From Gemmatimonadaceae bacterium (lineage in GTDB: Bacteria; Gemmatimonadota; Gemmatimonadetes; Gemmatimonadales; Gemmatimonadaceae), in contig JBDTAB010000163.1 in NCBI GenBank assembly GCA_039924865.1, positions 1,047 to 65,046 on the forward strand: a DNA stretch of 64,000 nucleotides, in the 5' to 3' direction. Shown piece by piece: positions 26,821-35,673 of the stretch. Positions within the stretch are counted from its first letter, which is position 1; every line of letters begins with the position of its first letter. The translations under genes were made by a program, and so were the position numbers. Below the pieces are notes generated by a model. The model ran no database searches. It was not told the DNA's origin and saw only the letters and a program-made list of their open reading frames with translations.

Positions 26821-27078
26821 CTAGTTCGCTGTGGTAGTCTGTCCCGTCGTCAACTCCTCGATGGACTCGCGTATGTAACGGATCGTCTCGAAGGTTCGAC
26901 GGCGTAGCATCCGCTCTGGAAACTCGACCTGGAACGTGTCCTCAAGGCCAAGCATGAGATTGACGGTCGCATGAGACGTCAGGCCGCAAGCGTAGAGATC
27001 CGCATCTTCGGAAATGCTGGAAACGTCCTGGTTCAGGCGGGCGTACTGTCGGAGTGTTTCGCGGATCTTCTCGACCAT
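26821..27078 (-). CDS. Acyl/aminoacyl carrier protein
   Basis: 85 aa from ATG 27078 (MVEKIRETLRQYARL...). Phosphopantetheine-site-like DLYACGLTSHATVNLM. The ORF-track N-terminal extension to 27198 is Arg-rich and is rejected. Confidence 0.8.
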   Translation of the reverse strand: MVEKIRETLRQYARLNQDVSSISEDADLYACGLTSHATVNLMLGLEDTFQVEFPERMLRRRTFETIRYIRESIEELTTGQTTTAN

Positions 27079-27357
27079 GGCAAGTATGCGGTTAGAACGC
27101 TTGTAGGCAGGCTTGCGGGCGCCGCATGGCGCTGCCGCAAACGGACACAGAGCTCGTCGTCCCGTTGGCCGGTTTACGCCCCGGTCGCAACGCCTCACTT
27201 GGCGATGAGCGGGTGGCCGTCCGAAGTCGCGACTAGGATGCTCCTGTGTCCCAGTATCGGTACGTTGGCCATCATAATTCAGGCAAAATCAGCCTGAGGA
27301 TAGCGACTATTTGACTGCTATTTTAGTCTTGCCCTTGTTCTGTGCGTCGCCCAGCTG

Positions 27358-27789
27358 TCAGGAGACCATCAGCGGCGAGGCGCCGTAGGCCAGAGGAGCG
27401 GAAGGGCCATTGACGAACACGCTGGTCCGCGCGACCGGCTCGCCATCCAGCTCGACGCGCATTGTGTACTGGCCGGACGAATCCAGCGGCAAGTCCACAA
27501 CGGCAATTATCGGCAGATCCATCTCGAGCGCGGCAGTGGGTCCGGCAGCAACATCGAGCTCGCCGCTGGACGTCCACAACTCGGAGTCGTTCGGGTTCAG
27601 CCAGTGGAAGGTCAGATGGTGAGTTCCGGAATCGGCCGGTCCTCCTTTCACGCGCACTACAAAGTGCGCGCGCGGGTGCATGGAGGGAAATCCGCCGACA
27701 TGCAGCGCGTCGAAGATTCCGAGGACGTTGAGCTTTCCTTCCTGCGAGAGATTGGCTGCGTCGGCGAATACTGCGAATGAGATGTGCAC
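27358..27789 (-). CDS. Hypothetical protein (143 aa, predicted all-beta)
   Basis: ORF with coding-like composition (MHISFAVFADAANLSQEGKLNVLGIFDALHVGGFP...). No motif I can name with certainty. Confidence 0.5.
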   Translation of the reverse strand: MHISFAVFADAANLSQEGKLNVLGIFDALHVGGFPSMHPRAHFVVRVKGGPADSGTHHLTFHWLNPNDSELWTSSGELDVAAGPTAALEMDLPIIAVVDLPLDSSGQYTMRVELDGEPVARTSVFVNGPSAPLAYGASPLMVS

Positions 27790-27813
27790 ATCCGAAAGAT
27801 ACTAGATTTGGTG

Positions 27814-28698
27814 ATGCCAGACCGAAGCGGCTCATTCGGCGTCACAGATATGTTGCTGCTCCTCATGGCGGTCATATGGGGAGTCAACTACGCCGTTGTG
27901 AAGTACGCGGGCCAGGCGTTCGGCGCTTTGACATTCACGTGGATGCGCGTGCTGATCGCGATGATCATGCTTCTCTGCGCGGTGGCTCTGCAGCGAAAAA
28001 AATTGCCGAGCCGGAAGGACATGTTGAAGTTGCTCGGCCTCGGGGTGCTTGGGAACGGTTTGTACCAGCTCCTGTTCGTGTTCGGTGTTGCCAGGTCGCT
28101 GGTTGGAAGCGCTGCACTCATACTCGCTTCTGCGCCGGCCTTCATTGCGATCCTCGGGCTCATTCGAGGGGTTGAGAGAGTCTCGTCGCGCGGCTGGGTA
28201 GGCGTCGCACTCTCCATTGCGGGCGTGGGTGTCGTGATGCTCGGCAGCACGTCAGCAAGCCCGAACAGCGGTGGTTCGATTACCGGGACCATCCTTGTTT
28301 TCTGCGGTGTGTTATGCTGGAGTGTCTACACCGTTGGCCTGCAGCCCCTCACACATCGTGTGGACGCGGTGCAGCTCAGTGCGCTCACCATGGCCGGTGG
28401 CATGATCCCGCTGGCATTTGCAACGCCCATTGCGATTTCCAGTCTTGCATCGGCTCACGTCACCCAGCTTGCATGGTGGTGCGTGTTCTATAGCAGCGTA
28501 ATTTCAATCGGAGTTGCTTATCTTTTCTGGTATCGCGGCATCCGTATTCTGGGGCCGACGCGCACTTCGGTCTATGGCAACCTTCAACCGATCGTAGCGA
28601 TTCTGACCGGATGGATCGCACTTGGCGAGGTACCAACGCCATGGCAGCTAGTCGGCACGGTTGGCATAATTGGCGGCCTGGTTTTGACCCGCACATGA
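27814..28698 (+). CDS. DMT-superfamily (EamA) transporter
   Basis: About ten hydrophobic helices in two EamA-like halves. Start uncertain (27784, 27814 or 27850). Confidence 0.8.
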   Translation: MPDRSGSFGVTDMLLLLMAVIWGVNYAVVKYAGQAFGALTFTWMRVLIAMIMLLCAVALQRKKLPSRKDMLKLLGLGVLGNGLYQLLFVFGVARSLVGSAALILASAPAFIAILGLIRGVERVSSRGWVGVALSIAGVGVVMLGSTSASPNSGGSITGTILVFCGVLCWSVYTVGLQPLTHRVDAVQLSALTMAGGMIPLAFATPIAISSLASAHVTQLAWWCVFYSSVISIGVAYLFWYRGIRILGPTRTSVYGNLQPIVAILTGWIALGEVPTPWQLVGTVGIIGGLVLTRT

Positions 28699-28717
28699 TC
28701 CGTACTATCCCAATTAA

Positions 28718-29413
28718 TTGATGCAACACCTCGTTCTATTTGATATCGACGGCACGATTCTGCATTCTGGCGGCGCAGGTCGTGACGCGATGGAGTACGC
28801 GCTCACAACCATTTTCGGCACACCGGGTGATCCCGAGATGCGTTACGATGGCAAGACGGATCGGCAGATCATTCGCGAGGGGATGCGCGCATCCGGTTTC
28901 ACCGACGCAAAAATCGACGCGCAGATGGATGCTGTGATCGCTCTTTACGTCGAATCGCTGCCACAACAGCTTGCCGATCCAGCGCGTGGCGTCGGGATGT
29001 ACCCGGGTGTTGCGGATCTGATAGCCGCTGTTCACAATCGCGGGGAGTTTGCGCTGGGATTGCTCACCGGAAATGTCGAGCCCGGAGCGCGGCTGAAGCT
29101 CGCCGCTGTAGGGTTGGATTTTGATCAGTTCAGGGTCAACGCATTTGGGTCCGATAGCGAAGTCCGCGCTGAACTTCCAGCAATTGCGCACCGAAGGATG
29201 ATCGAGGTTTTTGGCATCGAGCTCCGCGGGCGGGACGTTGTCGTGATCGGAGATACACCGGCGGATATTTCGTGCGGGAGATCACTCGGTGCTCGCGCGA
29301 TTGCGGTCGCTACCGGGTGGTATTCCGTGGATGACTTGAAGTCGCACCAACCGTACGCCGTGTTTGCTGATCTGAGCGACACGAACGCGGTTCTAGACGC
29401 GATCACGGGATGA
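28718..29413 (+). CDS. HAD-family hydrolase (phosphoglycolate-phosphatase-like)
   Basis: Motif I LFDIDGTIL, motif II LLTGN, motif IV VVIGDTPADI. TTG 28718 or ATG 28721 start. Confidence 0.8.
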   Translation: MMQHLVLFDIDGTILHSGGAGRDAMEYALTTIFGTPGDPEMRYDGKTDRQIIREGMRASGFTDAKIDAQMDAVIALYVESLPQQLADPARGVGMYPGVADLIAAVHNRGEFALGLLTGNVEPGARLKLAAVGLDFDQFRVNAFGSDSEVRAELPAIAHRRMIEVFGIELRGRDVVVIGDTPADISCGRSLGARAIAVATGWYSVDDLKSHQPYAVFADLSDTNAVLDAITG

Positions 29414-30012
29414 GTACGCCGACGCGCGAGGTCGAAGTGAAAGCACGCGTCGATGATATCGGCGCTGCGCGTGCGCGTATGGAAACAGCGGGCGCCCTAC
29501 TTCGATTTGAAGGTGATCTTTCGGATCGGATCTACGACACGACCGACAGCGGTTTGGGCGCACAGGACCAGGTGTTGCGAGTGCGGACCTACGTTGGAAC
29601 TACGGGAACCATGTCGCACATCGACTGGAAGGGTCGGACCTCGCGCGATGGTGGCTTCAAGGTTCGCGAGGAACTGACATCGGGCATCACCGACGCTGCC
29701 GCAATCGCGAGTATTCTCGAGCGACTCGGCTACCACGTCACGAGCTCTATCGACAGGTGGATCGCTCAATACGAGCTGGGCGACGAGTCCGGGCGTGGGG
29801 GCGTGGTAATTGTTCGATTCGAGCGTTACCCAAAGATGGACACGCTCGTGGAAGTCGAAGGGTCACCTGACGGAATCGAACGCGCGATAACACTGCTCGG
29901 CATTCCTCGCGACCGTTTCTCCGCCGACCGCCTGGCCGACTTTGTCGCCGCGTACGAAGCACGCACCGGGATTCGCGCGGCAGTGTGCCTGGAAGGACCC
30001 GCCGCGCGCTGA
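29410..30012 (+). CDS. CYTH-domain protein (class IV adenylate cyclase / triphosphate tunnel metalloenzyme family)
   Basis: N-terminal ExExK signature (REVEVKARV), about 200 aa. ATGA overlap with the HAD gene stop. Confidence 0.75.
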   Translation: MSTPTREVEVKARVDDIGAARARMETAGALLRFEGDLSDRIYDTTDSGLGAQDQVLRVRTYVGTTGTMSHIDWKGRTSRDGGFKVREELTSGITDAAAIASILERLGYHVTSSIDRWIAQYELGDESGRGGVVIVRFERYPKMDTLVEVEGSPDGIERAITLLGIPRDRFSADRLADFVAAYEARTGIRAAVCLEGPAAR

Positions 30013-30059
30013 ATCACTGCCTGCATGTCGCTGCCAACCGGCGAACCGGTGGCAGCAGG

Positions 30060-30923
30060 TCAGGTGTTATAAGCTGCTTGCGGCCGTGCGTGGATTCCGG
30101 GCGTCTTTGCGGTAATGTTACGGCGCATTTGCATGATTATCAGTCCCGCCACAACAAACAGCATCGCGAAGACCTGCGCGGTGGTGAACGGACCAAAGAA
30201 CCGGTCATCCTTCGCACGGAAGATCTCCATCACGAACCGCTCAACGCCGGCCAGCACGCAGTAGAGGCCAAACAGCCATCCGGCGGCATGCTTGTGGTCG
30301 CGCAGACGCCACAGGATGAGGAACATGATGAACGCGAGCACCACTTCGTACAGTTGCGTTGGGTGAACCGACACAACTGTTGAAGGGGCCAGGCCAGCCG
30401 GCAGCTGCATGTGGAACATGCTCGTCATGTTTTGCACAGTGCTCGGCGGCGCACCGTCTGGGAACTTCACAGCCCATGGGCCATTCCACGGCCTTCCGTA
30501 ATCGTCACCTACGGCCCAACATCCGGTGCGTCCAACAGCATACGCCGCGGCGACGCAGATTCCGCCGACGTCGGCGATCTGGAACAAGCTGAGTTTCTTT
30601 CGCCATGCCACGAACAGCACGGCGACGATGCCTCCCATCAACCCGCCCCAGAACACGAGACCTGCGCGGCTGAACAACGCACTGACTTCGCCCATGAGGA
30701 TGGCATAGTAGATCTTGCCACCGAGCAGACCGCCGATAACGGCAGCGAAGATCAGGTCCGAAATTGGTGCCGGATCGTGGCCGCGGCGCCATAGTTCCCG
30801 TTGCGCGATGATCTGCGCAATGACAAACGCGGCAAGCACCGCGATTCCGAAGCCGGTGAACTGGAATCCGAAAATGTCGTAACTGAAGGCGTTCTGGGTA
30901 ATCGACGCGTAGATGTGAGTCAT
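30060..30923 (-). CDS. lgt: Prolipoprotein diacylglyceryl transferase
   Basis: Polytopic membrane protein with Lgt-like GRTGCWAVGDDYGRP and HPTQLYE motifs. 287 aa. Confidence 0.9.
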   Translation of the reverse strand: MTHIYASITQNAFSYDIFGFQFTGFGIAVLAAFVIAQIIAQRELWRRGHDPAPISDLIFAAVIGGLLGGKIYYAILMGEVSALFSRAGLVFWGGLMGGIVAVLFVAWRKKLSLFQIADVGGICVAAAYAVGRTGCWAVGDDYGRPWNGPWAVKFPDGAPPSTVQNMTSMFHMQLPAGLAPSTVVSVHPTQLYEVVLAFIMFLILWRLRDHKHAAGWLFGLYCVLAGVERFVMEIFRAKDDRFFGPFTTAQVFAMLFVVAGLIIMQMRRNITAKTPGIHARPQAAYNT

Positions 30924-31954
30924 GCGTGGGCAGGAAGTGGCGCCGTCGCACGGGCGGCGTGTTCGAGCGATGCGCGCTCTCCCTGATAATAGCGGAACAG
31001 CCCCGCCCGGGCGATCATTGCGGCGTTATCCGTGGCAAGGCGAGGGCCGGGGGCGAATACCTGAACATCGCTGCTCATGCGCTCGCGAATGGCCTCGGTG
31101 AGTGCGCGATTGCACGCCACGCCGCCACCAAGCACGACACGGTTTCGCTTGCACAGCGATGCTGCCCTTGCCGTCTTCTCGACCAGGGTGTCGACGAGCG
31201 CTTCCTGGAAGCCGCGCGCGATGTCCGCCCGATCTCGCTCGATGTCATCGGAGGCCCGGACTGCATTGAGTACCGCCGTCTTCAGGCCGCTGAACGACAT
31301 GTCAAAGTAGGCCGGATCTCCGACCTGGGTATCTCGGCGGAGCATGGGTCGACTGAACCGGAATCGCTTGGGATCGCCGCTTCGAGCAAGTGCCTCGACG
31401 TGACGGCCGCCCGGGTACGGCAGGCCGAGCATCTTCGCGACCTTGTCGTAGGCCTCGCCGGCGGCGTCGTCTCGCGTGGAGCCCAGCAGCCGGTAGTCGC
31501 CCCATTCCGGCACATCGAGCAGCAGGGTGTGACCCCCGGAAACGAGGAGCGCGGTAAATGGTGGGTTGGCGAGCGGCTCCTCGATCGAGGTAGCGAAGAG
31601 GTGCCCTTCCATGTGATGGACGGGCACGAGCGGGATGTCCAGCGCCAGCGACATCCCTTTGGCGTAGTTGAGTCCGACCATGAGTGCGCCTACCAGGCCG
31701 GGCTCCGTGGTCACGGCAATTGCATCAAGTTGATCGAAGCTGGTGTCGGCCTGAGCCATCGCTTCACGAACAACCGGCACGATCGCGGTGACGTGTGCGC
31801 GCGATGCAATTTCCGGAACTACGCCACCGAACACGCGATGCACATCCTGCGACAGGATAACAAGCGAGCGGAGCAGGGGCTCGCCCGTGATGTCATCCAT
31901 GACTGCGGCCGATGTCTCATCGCACGACGTTTCGATGCCAATGATTCTTGTCAT
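30920..31954 (-). CDS. tsaD: tRNA N6-adenosine threonylcarbamoyltransferase
   Basis: ILGIETSCDETS-type N-terminus (IIGIETSCDETSAAV), HHMEGHL and LLVSGGHT motifs. 344 aa. Confidence 0.93.
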   Translation of the reverse strand: MTRIIGIETSCDETSAAVMDDITGEPLLRSLVILSQDVHRVFGGVVPEIASRAHVTAIVPVVREAMAQADTSFDQLDAIAVTTEPGLVGALMVGLNYAKGMSLALDIPLVPVHHMEGHLFATSIEEPLANPPFTALLVSGGHTLLLDVPEWGDYRLLGSTRDDAAGEAYDKVAKMLGLPYPGGRHVEALARSGDPKRFRFSRPMLRRDTQVGDPAYFDMSFSGLKTAVLNAVRASDDIERDRADIARGFQEALVDTLVEKTARAASLCKRNRVVLGGGVACNRALTEAIRERMSSDVQVFAPGPRLATDNAAMIARAGLFRYYQGERASLEHAARATAPLPAHA

Positions 31955-31982
31955 TGCTCAAGCGCACCGCAGGTGCGATCTG

Positions 31983-32525
31983 TCACTCGTCCAGCAATCG
32001 TTCGATGAGACGTCGATTTCCTTCCGAGTCCCAATCGATTGCGCCCGCGACTTTCTTCCGAATGATGCCGTCCTTTCCAATGACGACGGTTTCGGGATAG
32101 CCTGTGACCTGATATGCGCGCTCAATCTGGCCGGACGGATCATGCAGCACCTGGAACGTCATGCCCATGTCGTGCACAAACGCGCGGATCGCGTCATTGG
32201 AACCAGAATCGTCTACACTGATTGCGACGACATTCAGTCCCTTGGAGCCGTATGCCTTGTACAGTCGTTCAATGCTTGGTATCTCGACTCTGCAGGGCTG
32301 GCACCATGTTGCCCAGACATTGACCAGCACGACCTTGCCCTTGTAATCAGAGAGCGATTTTGTAACTGGCGGCGTGTCGAGTGTCGGCGCGTGGAATGCC
32401 GGTGCGCGCGTGCCGGTTCCCAACGGATGGAGTTCAGTGCCGAGTGCCCGCGTAATGGCGAAGCCGATTCCGGCCACCGCGATGAGTACAATCGCGACCG
32501 CTCCGAGTTGCTGGCGGCCGGTCAT
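31983..32525 (-). CDS. TlpA-family thiol:disulfide oxidoreductase (membrane-anchored thioredoxin fold)
   Basis: WATWCQPCRVEIP CxxC motif and an N-terminal anchor. Start ATG 32525 forms an ATGA overlap with the rpe stop. The ORF-track start is 32633. Confidence 0.85.
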   Translation of the reverse strand: MTGRQQLGAVAIVLIAVAGIGFAITRALGTELHPLGTGTRAPAFHAPTLDTPPVTKSLSDYKGKVVLVNVWATWCQPCRVEIPSIERLYKAYGSKGLNVVAISVDDSGSNDAIRAFVHDMGMTFQVLHDPSGQIERAYQVTGYPETVVIGKDGIIRKKVAGAIDWDSEGNRRLIERLLDE

Positions 32526-33196
32526 GCTACTTCCAGTCCCATTGTCTTGAGTACTCCGATCTCGGCTTCGGGACTTGCCGCAGAGAATATCGCGTTTCCG
32601 ACGACAAACAGATCCGCGCCTGCGCGCCTGCACGGCAGAATCGTATCGCGTGAAATTCCGCCGTCCACCTGTAGGTCGGCAAAAGAACGTGCGTCGTCGA
32701 GCAGCGTTCTCGCGCGACGGATCTTGTCGATGGAGGCTGGAATGAATTTCTGGCCCCCAAAGCCGGGGTTGACTGTCATCACTAGGAGCAGGTCGATGTC
32801 AGCCGTTACTTCCTGAACGGCGGTGAGGGGCGTTCCCGGATTGATTGCGACACCTGCGCGGCAGCCGAGTGTTCGAATGTACGAAAGCTGTCGCTGAAGG
32901 TGGAACGTCGCTTCGGCGTGAATGGTGAGGCCGGTAGCGCCCGCATTCGCGAACCCATCCAGATACGACTCCGGATGCATCACCATGAGGTGTACATCGA
33001 TGGGAAGATCCGTACAGCTCCGAACTGCCTCGATGACCTTGCTTCCAAAAGTGAGGTTGGGAACGAACTGACCATCCATCACGTCCACGTGAATGCAGTC
33101 AGCACCTCCGCGCGCGCACATCTCGACCTCCGCGCCGAGACGGGAGAAGTCAGCGGTAAGGATCGAAGGTGCAATGCGAATCGGATTCACGGTCAT
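32522..33196 (-). CDS. rpe: Ribulose-phosphate 3-epimerase
   Basis: APSILTADF, HVDVMDGQFVPN and VDGGI motifs. 224 aa. Confidence 0.93.
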   Translation of the reverse strand: MTVNPIRIAPSILTADFSRLGAEVEMCARGGADCIHVDVMDGQFVPNLTFGSKVIEAVRSCTDLPIDVHLMVMHPESYLDGFANAGATGLTIHAEATFHLQRQLSYIRTLGCRAGVAINPGTPLTAVQEVTADIDLLLVMTVNPGFGGQKFIPASIDKIRRARTLLDDARSFADLQVDGGISRDTILPCRRAGADLFVVGNAIFSAASPEAEIGVLKTMGLEVA

Positions 33197-33200
33197 TTAG

Positions 33201-33782
33201 CTACGGATGGTCGAGCGTATCGGAGATGGCGATCGAGTCTTTCGGTGCCGGGTTGCCGATCGGCGGCCCGGCGATTGGAAGTGGGACGCTATCGCGTACT
33301 CGCATTGTATCCGTCGTGCCAGCGCGGGGAAAGTACGAGGCCGTCAACAACACGGTATTCCCGACAACGATGAGCGAATCCGGAAGCGGCGATTGCCTGA
33401 TGACGGTGTTGGGCGGCTGAAACGAACTGGTGTCGCGCGAGACAGCTGCCCGAAGCCGGAGACCGTTCAGAACGCCGCGTGCGTCCGGCAGCGACATCCC
33501 GACTAGATTCGGGACGAGTATGGGAATCGTGTCAGCAGCGGGTGCTTCCGCTATTTCTGCAGTAACGTGTTGAGGCTCAACCGGAGCTGTAATGACCGGC
33601 GCCAACCCAGTGTCGATGGGCGTGACCGTCGTCATGGTGGATGGGATGGTTGGCTGCGGCGCTGATGGTACCATCTTCGCCGGAAGGACAAAGATAAATA
33701 TCACGACGTAAGCTAGCGCGAATCCCCCAACGCCGATCACAATGTAAGGAAACGCACGCCGCAGGAGCGCGCGGAAGTTCAC
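33201..33782 (-). CDS. Single-pass membrane protein with one PASTA domain
   Basis: GTG 33782 lies 1 nt after the rsmB TAA. TM helix FPYIVIGVGGFALAYVVIFIFVL. PASTA-like VPNLVGMSLPDARGVLNGLRLRAAV...NTVIRQSP...G. The ORF-track start at 34025 lies inside rsmB. Confidence 0.7.
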   Translation of the reverse strand: MNFRALLRRAFPYIVIGVGGFALAYVVIFIFVLPAKMVPSAPQPTIPSTMTTVTPIDTGLAPVITAPVEPQHVTAEIAEAPAADTIPILVPNLVGMSLPDARGVLNGLRLRAAVSRDTSSFQPPNTVIRQSPLPDSLIVVGNTVLLTASYFPRAGTTDTMRVRDSVPLPIAGPPIGNPAPKDSIAISDTLDHP

Positions 33783-33783
33783 T

Positions 33784-35139
33784 TTATTCCGATCTCCGAA
33801 GTCTTGCGGCGAAAGCGCCGTCGGTACCGTGCTTGTGTGGTAGTACTCGTAATCTACCAGCGTCGAGTGTAGACGCGGGCACTGCGCCTTCTGGTGGCGG
33901 CTCCAGAGTGAACTCTGGATGCTCGTCCAGGAAGTTCTCAATCTGGACGTCGTTTTCTTCTGGCTCCAGGGAGCAGGTGCTGTATATGAGCAACCCGCCG
34001 GGCCGCACTGTCTCAGCCGCCGCACGAATAATCGAGCGCTGAATTGCAGGCATCACGGCCAGGTCCGATGCCTTGAGTCTCCAGCGCGCGTCGGGGTGAC
34101 GGCGAAATGTCCCGGTTCCCGTGCATGGAACGTCGAGCAGTACTGCATCAAGATCGCGTAACGCCGGATGACGTGCGTCGTTCACGATCGGTATGACGTT
34201 GGTAGTCCGAAGCCGCTGCGCGGTGGAGGTGATCCGCTGCAGCCGAGCTCCTGATCGATCGGCTGCGTAGACGACGCCGGCGTCGCGTGACAATTCGAAA
34301 GACTTGCCACCGGGTGCGGCGCACATGTCGCCGACGCGGGATCCAGCGGGGATTCCAGCGTACCTGACGACCAGCGTTGCCGCGGGGTCCTGCACAAAGA
34401 ACAGTCCTTCCGAGAACGCATCGAGCTCGGTAAGGGACACTCCATGTCCAAGCTCGATGGAGTCGCTTACCAGAGGGGCGCCGTGCGTCGGTATTCCGGC
34501 TTCGGCGAGGGCATCGGCCAGCACGGCGCGTGACACGCCGTACGGACGCAGGACGACGGGGGCTTCGGTGTTATTGGCCGCGAGAAGTGCGGCCGTAGCG
34601 TCGGCCCCCCAGCGCGCCACCCAGCGCGCTACGAGCCAGCGTGGGTGCGAGTTGGAAAGCGCGAGTGCGTCGATCGGGTCCGCAGGCGTCGCTATGGCGA
34701 GATCGGCTCGTTCGCGGTCTGTCCGACGCAGCACCGCATTGGCAAGCTTGCTTGCACCGATACCGTGGCGCGTCTTGGTGAGTTCCACAGTCTGGGCGAT
34801 CGCGGCGTATGCTGGAACTGAGCCCATGCACAGCAACTGATACGCGCCCAGCCGGAGCAAGTCGATGAGATCTGGATCGAGACGAACGAGGCCGCCTCGC
34901 ACGCGGTCGGACAGCACAACATCGAGGAACGCCCGCTTGCGCATCATCCCGTAAAGCAGCTCCTGAGTCCACCTGCGGTCGCGGGAGTCGATCTGGGTAG
35001 TGTGGCGTTCGAACGACGGATCCAGAAGTTGACCGGCGCGAACGTCGGCACAGACCTCGGCGGCTATTATGCGCGTGGCCGTAATGGCGGAGCTACGCAC
35101 CGAGGTGGGCGACGAGAATTCGTCTCTCGTGGAGTTCAC
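33784..35139 (-). CDS. rsmB: 16S rRNA (cytosine967-C5)-methyltransferase
   Basis: NusB-like N-domain plus the methyltransferase motifs DMCAAPGGKS and DVPCTGTGTFRRHPD. GTG start at 35139. Confidence 0.9.
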   Translation of the reverse strand: MNSTRDEFSSPTSVRSSAITATRIIAAEVCADVRAGQLLDPSFERHTTQIDSRDRRWTQELLYGMMRKRAFLDVVLSDRVRGGLVRLDPDLIDLLRLGAYQLLCMGSVPAYAAIAQTVELTKTRHGIGASKLANAVLRRTDRERADLAIATPADPIDALALSNSHPRWLVARWVARWGADATAALLAANNTEAPVVLRPYGVSRAVLADALAEAGIPTHGAPLVSDSIELGHGVSLTELDAFSEGLFFVQDPAATLVVRYAGIPAGSRVGDMCAAPGGKSFELSRDAGVVYAADRSGARLQRITSTAQRLRTTNVIPIVNDARHPALRDLDAVLLDVPCTGTGTFRRHPDARWRLKASDLAVMPAIQRSIIRAAAETVRPGGLLIYSTCSLEPEENDVQIENFLDEHPEFTLEPPPEGAVPASTLDAGRLRVLPHKHGTDGAFAARLRRSE

Positions 35140-35640
35140 GCTGCGAACCCCGTCGCCGACTGGAGACGAACTCCGTCGAGCTGGCGCGTTTCCGCGCGTG
35201 GGATACGCGCCGCGGAGCCCGCCCGTGCGTCACACCGGCAGTGGAAGAGAGGTGCTTCGTCGCATAATAGGACTCCGGGACAACCGCTGGAGAGACGGCT
35301 CGCTCCGCTCGGGTGCGCGCCGTTCATCCCAGCCGCGCCACGGAGGCCCGCTGGTTCGCAAGTCACTAGGTACATGGGGTTACAGATTTCACTACACCAC
35401 AACTACGCCGAAAAGTCCGATTTCTGTTCACAAGGTCCATCTGCGCATCGCACCCTGAATTGTGAGAATTGAAGCGAGTGTCGTGCCGCGCCGAATATAA
35501 CTGGAACAATCGTTTGCGCGAATAAATGTCCACATCTGTCCGGCTCAGACTGGCGGCCGGAAAGATACCCCAAATCGAGCGTTCTGCACGGGCGTTGAGA
35601 GTGGGATCGATGTCCCGCTGGATCCCTCCTCCAAGCCGCA

Positions 35641-35673
35641 CCGGCGCCAAGGGGCGCCGGATGGCCTCTTTTT
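35641..35673 (+). terminator. Intrinsic-terminator-like hairpin oriented on the plus strand, inside the fmt-rsmB gap
   Basis: CCGGCGCC-AAGG-GGCGCCGG (8-bp GC stem) followed by ATGGCCTC and then TTTTT. On the minus strand there is no U-tract after the stem. Confidence 0.4.

Noticed and set aside
30030-30056. 11-bp bulged hairpin GCTGCCAACCGG-CGAA-CCGGTGGCAGC between the convergent CYTH and lgt genes.
   Set aside because: There is no U-tract on either side, so I do not call it an intrinsic terminator. It may still pause or stabilise transcripts.
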